Origin: Eledone cirrhosa
Taxonomy: Eukaryota
NCBI GenBank assembly: GCA_964016885.1
Contig: CAXHJY010000928.1
Span: forward strand, 968,344 to 1,032,343
DNA: 64,000 nucleotides
Direction of reading: 5' to 3'
Part shown: piece after piece, positions 44,489 to 53,230 of the stretch
Layout of the letters: every line of letters begins with the position of its first letter
Numbering within the stretch: position 1 is the first letter of the stretch
Notes under the pieces: model-generated
The model's database searches: none
The model's input: the letters and a program-made list of their open reading frames with translations, nothing else
Told to the model about the DNA's origin: nothing
Position numbers and translations under genes: made by a program

Positions 44489-46164
44489 GTTTCCCACTCA
44501 GTCCATCCATACACATCACATGTCTATACCAACACAGTCTCTTCTCCTACACACTACATCTGATTCCTCTTATACCTAGTTTCTCTGTCAGTCCATCCAT
44601 ACACATCACATGTCTATACCAACACAGTCTCCCCTCCTACACTCTACATCTGATTCCTCTTATACCTAGTTTCTCTCCCAGTTCATCCATACACATCACA
44701 TGTCTATACCAACACAGTCTCCCCTCCTACATCTGATTCCTCTTATACCTAGTTTCTCTCTCAGTCCATCCATACACATCACATGTCTATACCAACACAG
44801 TCTCCCCTCCTACATGTGATTCCTCTTATACCTAGTTTCTCTCCCAGTTCATCCATACACATCACATGTCTATACCAACAGTCTCCTCTCATACACACTA
44901 CATCTGATTTCTCTTATACCTAGTTTCTCTCTCAGTCCATCCATACACATCACATGTCTATACCAACACAGTCCCCTCTCCTACACACTACATCTGATTC
45001 CTTTGATACCTAGTTTCTCTCTCCATCCATACGCATCACATGTCTATATCAACACAGTCTCCTCTCCTATATTTGATTCCTCTTATACCTAGTTTCTCTC
45101 TCTCTCCATCCATACACATCACACGTCTATACCAACACAGTCTTCTCTCCTACACACTACATCTGATTCCTCTTATACCTAGTTTCTCTCTCCATCCATA
45201 CACATCACATGTCTATACCAACACAGTCTCCTCTCCTACACACTACATCTGATTCCTCTTATACCTAGTTTCTCTCTCCATCCATACACATCGCATGTCT
45301 ATACCAACACAGTCTCCTCTCCTACACTCTACATCTGATTCCTCTTATACCTAGTTTCTCTCCCAGTTCATCCACACACGTCACATGTCTATACCAACAC
45401 AGTCTCCTCTCCTACACACTACATCTGATTCCTCTTATACCTAGTTTCTCTCTCCATCCATACACATCACATGTCTATACCAACACAGTCTCCTCTCCTA
45501 CACACTACATCTGATTCCTCTTATACCTAGTTTCTCTGTCAGTCCATCCTTATACATCACATGTCTCTACCAACACAGTCTCCTCTCCTACACACTACAT
45601 CTGATTCCTCTCATACCTAGTTTCTCTCTCAGTCCATCCATACACATCACATGTCTATACCAACACAGTCTCCTCTCCTACACACTACATCTGATTTCTC
45701 TTATATCTAGTTTCCCTCTCAGTTCATCCATACACATCACATGTCTATACCAACACAATCTCCTCTCCTACACACTACATCTGATTCCTCTTATACCTAG
45801 TTTCTCTCTCCATCCATACACATCACATGTCTATACCAACAGTCTCCTCTCCTACACACTACATCTGATTCCTCTCATACCTAGTTTCTCTCTCTATCCA
45901 TACACATCACATGTCTATACCAACACAGTCTCCTCTCCTACACGCTACATCTGATTCCTCTTATATCTAGTTTCTCTCTCAATCCATCCATACACATCAC
46001 ATGTCTATACCAACACAGTCTGCTCTCCTACATCTGATTCCTCTTATACCTAGTTTCTCTCTCAGTTTAACCAAGCTCTGTCATTCTCCCACATTGATAT
46101 TACATACTCTTTGAAGCGTGCTTCATTTCTCTCCAGCCTACATTACTGGAACAATTTGACTTAT

Positions 46165-46305
46165 AGTCACGGCCCTTGCCATTCTAAGTTGAAATCCTGC
46201 CGAGGTTAACTTTGTCTTTCATCCTTACGGGGTCGATAAAATAAAGTACGAGTAATACACTGGGTAGTTGTTGGCCTTGTGCCAAATGTAGAAACAATTA
46301 TTTTT
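46165..46305 (+). mobile_element. Fragment of a tRNA-derived SINE (family A)
   Basis: B-box-like gttgaaatcc followed by ctttcatccttacggggtcgataaaataaagtac, which is shared with 61358-61580 and, in reverse complement, 54665-54750. Confidence 0.7.
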
Positions 46306-46448
46306 AACATGAAATTTATCATTTTACTGTAAGAACCATTTTTAACGTATCTTTCAAATACCAGCTTAATAATAGTGTCTTTAATACCTTTCTTAATATG
46401 AAGATACAAACAGATAGACAAATGGATCTATTGATCTATTGTTAGAGT

Positions 46449-46650
46449 CATCATCATCATCATTGTTTAACAACCATTTACCATGCTTGCATGGGTTAGA
46501 CAGGTTGTCACATATTGAAACAAGTCAGGTCATGTGACCATGTCTTGCTCATATGGAACTGTATTTTGGCTTGGTTTCTAAGGTTGGCTACCCTTTCTAA
46601 CACCAACCACATTACAGTTTGGACTGGGTGATTTTTATTGTGCCACTAAA
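46449..46650 (-). mobile_element. Diverged RTE-type 3' tail fragment
   Basis: (tca)n, then ccatgcttgcatgggttagac...ctaacaccaaccacattacag, the motifs seen in the other RTE tails. Confidence 0.7.
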
Positions 46651-46814
46651 ATGATTACCTTAAAGGGTGGATTGGGCATAACACCTCACCCACATCATAA
46701 CACCCCACCCCTAGATATACCTCTCCAATCACCATACACCTCCCCCACCCAAGTACCCAGTGCATACTGTAAAGTAGTCATGTAGGGGTCACAACAAAAA
46801 GTACCCAGTCCACA

Positions 46815-47090
46815 CTTCTTTTCCTATCTTCGAGCCATGTGGTTGTATGACAGTTTCCCATTACCTTACACAGTCCTTTACATTATTATTAAATTTTGCG
46901 AGATATTTTAAGCTGCACTGGTTGGGTAGTAGAGGGCAAACAAGGCAGTGCTGCATTGTATGGTCCTCCTCTCTGCATTCGCAGATAGTTGGGCCGGTCT
47001 TGTAACCCCATCTGGCCATAGCAGCTTTGGATCGCCCCACTCCTATTCTCAGGCAGTTGAGTGTCTTCCACTGGATCTATGGTACTTCTG
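46815..47090 (-). mobile_element. 3' fragment of an Ingi/Vingi-like (I-group) non-LTR retrotransposon, C-terminal CCHC zinc knuckle
   Basis: A minus frame absent from the ORF track reads QWKTLNCLRIGVGRSKAAMARWGYKTGPTICECREEDHTMQHCLVCPLL, i.e. a WxxLNxLRxGxGR...WG...CxC-x8-H-x3-C pattern, with in-frame stops nearby. Clade call is from motif recall. Confidence 0.65.
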
Positions 47091-47322
47091 AGCCAGTCCA
47101 CACTGTAAAGTGGTCATGTAGGTGTCATGACAAAAAGCACCCAGTCCACACTGTAAATGTGGTTGGCATTAGAAAGGGCATCCAAGAGGACCATGCGATT
47201 AGAAACCAGAAACAGTTCTATGTGAGCAAAACAAAGCCATCTGACTTAGCTTGTCTCACAACAGGGCAGATTGTCTAACCCATGCCAGCTTGGAAAATGG
47301 ATGTTAAACGATGATGATGATG
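47091..47322 (+). mobile_element. RTE-type 3' tail fragment ending in (GAT)n
   Basis: cactgtaaatgtggttggcattagaaagggcatcca...gatgttaaacgatgatgatgatg. Confidence 0.75.
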
Positions 47323-47377
47323 TTAAGTGAGGAGTGTTGATTGTATTTTTATTGTATTTTATATGACCTTTTTTCAG

Positions 47378-47534
47378 GTTTTGCTGTGAAAAAACCTTCC
47401 AGTAAAGATCTCCAAAGTTACCCCAAAAGTGTCAGCTCCTCTTTAAGCTGCAGATCTGTCGATACAGTATCTAACTATTCAGCCGGCAGCCCAGTAAGTC
47501 ACCCATCAGAAGTCACATTCCACCTTGGGGAAAG
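47378..47534 (+). CDS. Internal coding exon of an unidentified host gene (Ser/Pro-rich)
   Basis: Acceptor ccttttttcag| and donor aag|gtaaat bound an open frame (G)FAVKKPSSKDLQSYPKSVSSSLSCRSVDTVSNYSAGSPVSHPSEVTFHLGE. It is non-repetitive and ends in phase 2, matching the next exon. Confidence 0.7.
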
Positions 47535-47565
47535 GTAAATTCATATTATACCTCTCTCTCTTTTT

Positions 47566-47566
47566 C

Positions 47567-47611
<45 letters not shown>

Positions 47612-47678
47612 ATATAGATATATACGTATATATATATATATATATACATATATATACACATATATATAGTCATATATC

Positions 47679-47730
<52 letters not shown>
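47566..47730. repeat. (TA)n/(TG)n microsatellite
   Basis: Direct reading. Similar tracts lie at 47987-48021, 50900-50961, 51354-51584, 53325-53448, 54452-54663, 55016-55087, 58697-58784 and 60779-60824. Confidence 0.95.
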
Positions 47731-47914
47731 AAGAATGAATAATAACAGGTAGACATCATAAAAAGGTAATTTATTCCGTGTGCTTACAAATGTTTCCACG
47801 GTGGTACTACAGCCTAGTTATGCTATGTGCAAATTTACAAGTATTTGCAGAACTCAAATATCCAATGCTGTGACCACTGTATCCTCTGCTCTGAGGATAC
47901 AGTGGTCACAGCAT
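47731..47914 (-). mobile_element. Putative Penelope-like terminal-repeat remnant capped by a perfect 22-bp hairpin, with split hammerhead motif
   Basis: Hairpin arms 47865-47886 and 47893-47914. The minus strand has accaccgtg-GAAA-catttg-TA-agca, while the matching tgct-CTGAGGA-tacagtggt half reads on the + strand across the loop. Confidence 0.4.
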
Positions 47915-47985
47915 ACATACTTACATTTAAGTAAGTGCCGTACTAAGAGTGAGAAATGAAATTTCGCTTTCATTTTATTACAACT

Positions 47986-48021
<36 letters not shown>

Positions 48022-48022
<1 letters not shown>

Positions 48023-48360
48023 TCATCATCATCATCATTTTACGTCTGCTTTTCCCTGCTTGCAAGGGTGGGACGGGAACTGATTCTGGCTTGATTTCTA
48101 CAGCTAGATGCCCTTCCTAACACCAACCTCATTTACAGTGAGTGCTGGGTGCTTTTTTTCTGTGGCGCCTACACGTCCACTTTGCAGTGGAATGATAGGG
48201 ACCCCAGTCCCTATCATCTCATTTCTACAGCTGAGTAAACTGGAGCAATATGAAATAAAGTGTCTTGCTCAAGGAAACAATACGTCACCCGGTCTGAGAA
48301 TTGAACTCACAACCTTTCAATTGCAAGGCCAATGCTCTAACCACTAAGCCATGTGCCTCC
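48022..48360 (-). mobile_element. Full-length tRNA-derived SINE (family B) with RTE LINE 3' tail
   Basis: Minus strand: ggaggcacatggcttagtggttagagc (A box), gttcaattc (B box), a central ccttgagcaagacact domain, then a tail shared with the adjacent RTE 3' UTR ending in (TGA)n. Confidence 0.85.
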
Positions 48361-48426
48361 ATATATATATATACATGTGCCACACATATACACATATATA
48401 TATATATACATATACACACATATATA

Positions 48427-50900
48427 TCATCATCACATCATCATCATCACCGTTTTACGCCCGTTCTTCCACGCTAGCATGGGTTAGACGGGTTGTCCTG
48501 TTGTGCGCAGCGTCTGGTCGGCTGACCATGCCTTGCTCATACAGGAACTGATCTGGCTTGATTTCTACAGCTGGATGCCCTTCCTAACACCAACCTCATT
48601 TACAGTGAGTGCTGGGTGCTTTTTCGTGGCGCCTACATGTCCACTTTACAGTGTGGGCTGGGTGCTTTTTTGCCGTGGCACCTCCACGACCACCTTGCGG
48701 TGGGGGGTGTGGGGGCATATTGTTTATATGCTTCAGCATGTACCCATGGGAGGTCGGGTACTCTGTATTACTGCGTGACGCCAGAAGTCACGGTCGTGTG
48801 TCATTGTCTTTGAGAGGTGTAATTGGGTAAGGTCGGCTTTTATCACCTCATCCCAGGTCATCTTGGGTCTCCCCACTCCGCGGTTTCCATCAACTTCTAG
48901 TGCTCTGCACCTTTTTATGCAGCTGTCATCCTTCATACGCATCACATGTCCATACCAGCGCAACCGCCTCTCCTGCACACAGCATTTGATTCCTCTTATG
49001 CTCAGTCTCTCTCTCAATTCATTTATGCTTTGTCGTTCACGTATATTACTGTTACACATCCATCGGAGCATGCAGGCTTCGTTTTTCTCTAATCTACGTA
49101 AGTCTTCCACCTTCAGCGCCCAGGTCTCACTACCATGCAACATCGCTGTTCGGATACACGCATCATACAGTCTGCCTTTCATTCTGAGGGAGAAGCCTTT
49201 TGCAGCTAGCAGTGGTAGTAGTTCCCTAAACTTCTTCCATCCCGTTCTTACCCTAGTTATTGTACTTTCTGAACACCCACCTCCGTTGCTAATTCGGTCA
49301 CCTAGGTAGCAGAAGCTGTCTACTGTTTCTACAGGGCCCTCCCAGAGATTGGTGGTACTTGTTTCCTGTGGCTGTTTGCTGCATGTGAATCCTACATTCT
49401 TAATTAAGCTTCCTGAGATCCCGCTACATCTCTTGTGTACCCATTGTTTGCATTTGGGGCAGAGAATGGAGTTCCTACCTACACCTTTCCTACATACTGA
49501 GCAAGGCCATTTCCCCGAGGGGATCTGGGTTCTGTTTTCTCGTCTACTTACAAGGACCTTAGTCTTGGTCAGGTTGACTTTGAGACCCTTTCTCTCTAGT
49601 CCTGCTTCCAGGTTTGGAATTTATTCTCTAGTTCTACCATAGATTCAGCTATGAGTGCGAGGTCATCAGCATACAGGAGTTCCCATGGGCATCCGGTCTT
49701 AAACTCCTCCGTTATTGCCTGCAGGACTATGCTGAACAGGAGAGGGCTAAGAACAGAGCCCTGGTGGACCCCAACCTGTACGCTAAATTCCTCGCTATAC
49801 TCATTGCTAATCCTAACTTTACTGACTGCTCCCCTATACATGGCTTGTACCGCTTTCACAAGCCATTCATCTACTCCTAGTTTTCTAAGAGCCCACCAGA
49901 TTACAGCACGTGGAACTCTGTCAAAGGCTTTCTCAAGGTCGACAAATGCTAAGTAGAGTGGTTTACTTTTAGCTAGGTACTTTTCCTGTAATTGCCTCAC
50001 AAGGAAGAGAGCATCAGTGGTGCTTCTTCCTGGTACAAACCCAAATTGCATCTCGTCTATATTCACCCGGTCCCTAATCAGCTGTGCTATAACTCTTTCT
50101 GTTACTTTCATGACCTGGTCCATCAACTTTATACCTCTATAGTTTCCTCTATCTAGTGCATCGCCTTTGCCTTTGTAGCAGTTGACAATGATGCTACTGC
50201 ACCAATCTTTTGGTATGGCCCCTTCTAGTATTACCTGGTTAACGATACGTGTGGTTATAGTGTAACCTACAGACCCAGATGCCTTCAGCATCTCAGCAGC
50301 TATACCCGATGGACCGGTTGCCTTCCCCATCTTCATATCTTTGATTGCCTTACTTACTACGCTGCTGCTGACTTGTACTGCTGGTCCCTCTATAGGGTCT
50401 ACTTGGGGTAGGGTCTCTTCTTCCCATGCATTCTCCTCATTTAGTAATCTATCATAATGACTCTTCCATGCATCTTTCTTCTCAGCACTTGTGAGGGCAA
50501 GCTCACCTTTATCATTCCGGATACACTTCTCTCCAATGACATCACAACTATCTCTGACACACTGCCTCGCAATCTTGAATACCTCCTGTTTCTGGTCCTC
50601 ACGTTGTAAAACATGCTTGAATTTTCTATCCTCTGCTTCCCTCCTAGCTAAGTTTACTTGTCGCCTAGCTTCCCTCTTGGTCTCTATATAATGTACCCTG
50701 CTCCCCCCGTTCTTCCATTCTTTCCATGCCTGTCTCTTGGCCTTAACTGCTTCATCTACCTTATTGTTCCACCACCAAGTCACTCTCCTCCTGCTTGAGG
50801 TCTTACTCCAGCCACAGACCTCATCCGTCGCCTCTAGTAAATTATTTTTTAGGAACTCCCAGTTCTCTTCTACGTTAAATGTCTCTATCTGTTCCTCTTT
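48427..50900 (-). mobile_element. 5'-truncated RTE-clade LINE: RT domain, PHD-like insert, C-terminus, 3' UTR, (TGA)n tail; one frameshift near 49600
   Basis: RT motifs NYRGIKL, QFGF, FVDLEKAFD, QGSVLSPLLF and YADD. After a frameshift the frame continues GLKVNLTKTKVL...FCYLG...AMLHGSETW...RLRWYGHVMRM...GRPKMTW, an RTE-type C-terminus. No APE endonuclease domain; the copy is truncated at a (TA)n tract. Confidence 0.95.
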
Positions 50901-50902
50901 AT

Positions 50903-50936
<34 letters not shown>

Positions 50937-50963
50937 ACATACATATATATATATATATATACA

Positions 50964-51354
50964 TGTGGTTGGTGTTAGGAAGGGCATCCAACTGTAGAAA
51001 ACCTGCCAGACTGTCCTATGTGAGCAAGACAATCACTCTTGCCTCAAGTGGGAATACCCTCGTCCAAACCCATGCAAGCGTGGAACACGGACGTTAAACG
51101 TTGATGATGATGATGATGATATACATATATATACATAGTTCACACTGTAATGTGGCCGTGTAGGCAAGACGGTAAAAACCTCCCAGCCCCACACTGTAAA
51201 TGTGGTTGGTGTTTGGAAGGGCATCCAGCTGTAGAAAACCTGCCAGACTGTCCTATGCGAGCAAGACAATCACTCTTGCCTCAAGTGGGACTACCCCCGT
51301 CCAAACCCATGCAAGCATGGAACACGGACGTTAAACGTTGATGATGATGATGAT
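50964..51354 (+). mobile_element. Two tandem RTE 3'-tail fragments (50964-51120 and 51139-51354), each ending in (GAT)n
   Basis: Both read tgtggttggtgtt..gaagggcatcca.ctgtagaaaacctgccagactgtcc...ggacgttaaacgttgatgatg. Confidence 0.85.
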
Positions 51355-51361
51355 ATATATA

Positions 51362-51414
<53 letters not shown>

Positions 51415-51544
51415 CATATATATATGTATATATTATACATATATATGTGTGTGTATATATATTATACATATATATATGTATGCGTATATATGTATGTGTA
51501 TATATATATTATACATATATATCTATGTGTATATATAGATATGG

Positions 51545-51586
<42 letters not shown>

Positions 51587-51628
51587 ATGATATTAAATAA
51601 ATGGAAACTATATTTATAAAACCATATT

Positions 51629-51690
51629 TATTTTATTATACATATTTCAAGGGTACCAAAAACTGTGGTACGCCCTCATCAGATAAAATA
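51629..51690 (-). ncRNA. Minimal type-I hammerhead ribozyme motif
   Basis: tattttat-CTGATGA-gggcgtacca..tggtaccctt-GAAA-tatgta-TA-ataaaata; perfect 8-bp stem I. Confidence 0.6.
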
Positions 51691-51894
51691 CAAAGTATGT
51701 TTTATAAATGGTGACATACCCATGAAACCAGACCTTACCGGTTCAGGATGGAACCTGAACCGGTAAGGTCTGGTTTCATTTGCAAACTCATCCTAAAAGT
51801 TTGAAAAATCCCTTCTTTAATCTCACTACCCAAGGAAAATTCAACTGATAAGGTATTCTCCTTGGTTATGTCAAAATTTATAAAACACACTTTG

Positions 51895-51956
51895 TATTTT
51901 ATCTGATGAAAGTGTACCAAAGGTTTTGGTACTCTTGAAATATATATAATAGAATA
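51895..51956 (+). ncRNA. Minimal type-I hammerhead ribozyme motif
   Basis: tattttat-CTGATGA-aagtgtaccaa..ttggtactctt-GAAA-tatata-TA-atagaata; palindromic stem III. Confidence 0.6.
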
Positions 51957-52105
51957 AATATGGTTTTATAAATATAGTTTCCATTTATTTAATATCATTA
52001 TATATAATACTCCAGAAAAATTTGTAGAGTGCTCTGAATCAGTTATAAACATTTATATTTGTTGAATTTCCAACAAATTAAATATCCCTTCTACTTATAT
52101 ATAAC

Positions 52106-52515
52106 ATCATTCATCATCATTCCATTTTATGTCCACTTTTCCCTGCTTGCAAGGGTGGGACGGGAACTGATTCTGGCTTGATTTCTACAGCTGGATGCCC
52201 TTCCTAACACCAACCTCATTTACAGTGAGTGCTGGGTCCATTTTTGCCGTGGCACGTCCACGACCACTTTGCAGTGGAATGAAAGGGACCCCAGTCCCTA
52301 TCTTCTCATTTCTACAGCTGAGTAAACTGGAGCAATATGAAATAAAGTGTCTTGCTCAAGGAAACAACACATCACCCGGTCTGAGAATTGAACTCACTGT
52401 AAATGAGGTTGGTGTTAGGAAGGGCATCCAACTGTAGAAATCAAGCCAGAATCAGTTCCCGTCCCACCCTTGCAAGCAGGGAAAAACAGACGTAAAAATG
52501 AAATGAAATGAATGA
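52106..52515 (-). mobile_element. Family B SINE whose 5' head is replaced by an inverted copy of its own tail
   Basis: 52106-52396 matches 48022-48310; 52393-52515 is the reverse complement of 52106-52230. Confidence 0.8.
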
Positions 52516-52526
52516 TATATATATAT

Positions 52527-52771
52527 TGTCTTAAGAGGTGTAAGTGTGCTAGGTCGGAATTTATCAGATCGTCCCAGGTTTTTCTGGGTCTGCCTACTCC
52601 GTAACTACCATCAATTTTGATCGCCTGCACTTTTTTTATACAGCTGTCATCTTTCATGCGCATCACGTGACCATACCAACGTAGTCTTCTCTCAAGTAAA
52701 CAGCATCTGATCCCTCTTATTCCTAATTTCTCACTTAGTTTGTTTATGTTTTGCCGTTCATGTATATTACT
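52527..52771 (-). mobile_element. RTE ORF C-terminal fragment
   Basis: Encodes ...LGIRGIRCCLLERRLRWYGHVMRMKDDSCIKK...GRPRKTWDD; closely similar to the reverse complement of ~53777-54020. Confidence 0.9.
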
Positions 52772-52819
52772 ATATGTATATATAGTTCATGTGTTTGCAT
52801 ATATATATATATTTATATG

Positions 52820-52975
52820 AAGGGGTGTGGCTGAATGGTTAGAGCACTGGATTCACAGACCTGAGGTTGTCAGTTCAATTCCTGGACCAGGCAATGCGTT
52901 ATCTCCTTGAGCAAGACACTCTTTCATGTTGCTCTTTCTACCTGGAGTTGCGACTGATAGATAGTATTAGCAACT
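52820..52975 (+). mobile_element. tRNA-derived SINE head related to family B
   Basis: A box tggctgaatggttagagc and B box gttcaattcc, followed by ccttgagcaagacact. Confidence 0.7.
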
Positions 52976-53055
52976 GGTAAGACCAACGGAAACATTGTTC
53001 CCCCGGTTCGATTTGACGAAAGTCGATCGACAAATTTTATATATATATATATATC

Positions 53056-53086
<31 letters not shown>

Positions 53087-53230
53087 AGGGAGAGAATTGG
53101 GAGTGTGTAACACTCCACTTATCAAGTAGGCAGTATATGTTTTACTCTTTAAACTCCTCCCAACTTATGGTATCCCCACATATATTCTTCTGTTTTGACT
53201 TTGTCAATGCTTGTATACTTTGTATTTACT

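Larger units (their letters stand above)
34920..45965. repeat. Higher-order repeat: near-identical 5523-bp tandem duplication that includes the RTE insertion
   Basis: ORF pairs 35304/40827, 38762/44285, 38941/44464 and 39517/45040 are all offset by 5523. Only isolated differences were noticed (gtgggtctggg vs gtggggctggg; tctgatacct vs tcttatacct). Confidence 0.92.
1..46067. repeat. Tandem satellite array, ~90-bp monomer derived from an RTE LINE ORF segment (LINE sense = minus strand); continues past the left window edge
   Basis: Consensus tagtttctctctcagttcatccatacacatcacatgtctataccaacacagtctcctctcctacacactacatctgattcctcttatacc repeats head-to-tail. Recurrent length variants are 86 (4-bp loss at cagt), 83 (7-bp loss at cacacta) and 88/84 (2-bp loss at caca). 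The array ends at ...ctcagtt|taaccaagc near 46067. Confidence 0.98.
51587..51999. mobile_element. Foldback element: ~135-bp inverted arms, each with a minimal hammerhead motif, plus an inner perfect 26-bp hairpin (Penelope-like inverted terminal repeats)
   Basis: 51587-51720 is the reverse complement of ~51865-51999 with few mismatches. Inner stem is 51722-51747/51754-51779. Flanked by (TA)n. Confidence 0.75.

Noticed and set aside
1-46067. Many + strand ORFs (HITCLYQHSLLSYTLHLIPLIPSFS repeats) suggesting a repetitive protein
   Set aside because: These are by-products of a G-poor repeat. Frequent 2-, 4- and 7-bp indels break frame, and the ancestral frame is on the minus strand with a fixed stop.
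1-46067. CRISPR-like or diversity-generating array
   Set aside because: There are no unique spacers; variation is point changes and small deletions in one monomer. The context is eukaryotic with no cas-like genes.
48863-50997. + strand ORFs overlapping the LINE
   Set aside because: Antisense shadows of the RT frame with no independent motifs.
49596-51032. 478-aa ORF as an intact RT gene
   Set aside because: The N-terminus is read-through of a TE tail and (TA)n tract. The element lacks its endonuclease and is frameshifted near 49600, so it is not autonomous.
51722-51779. Perfect hairpin as rho-independent terminator or pre-miRNA
   Set aside because: Eukaryotic context; it lies at the centre of a foldback repeat, and there is no expression evidence.
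52820-52895. Possible tRNA gene (also 48290-48360 and 61358-61450)
   Set aside because: A and B boxes are present, but there is no convincing cloverleaf and the sequence runs directly into SINE body.
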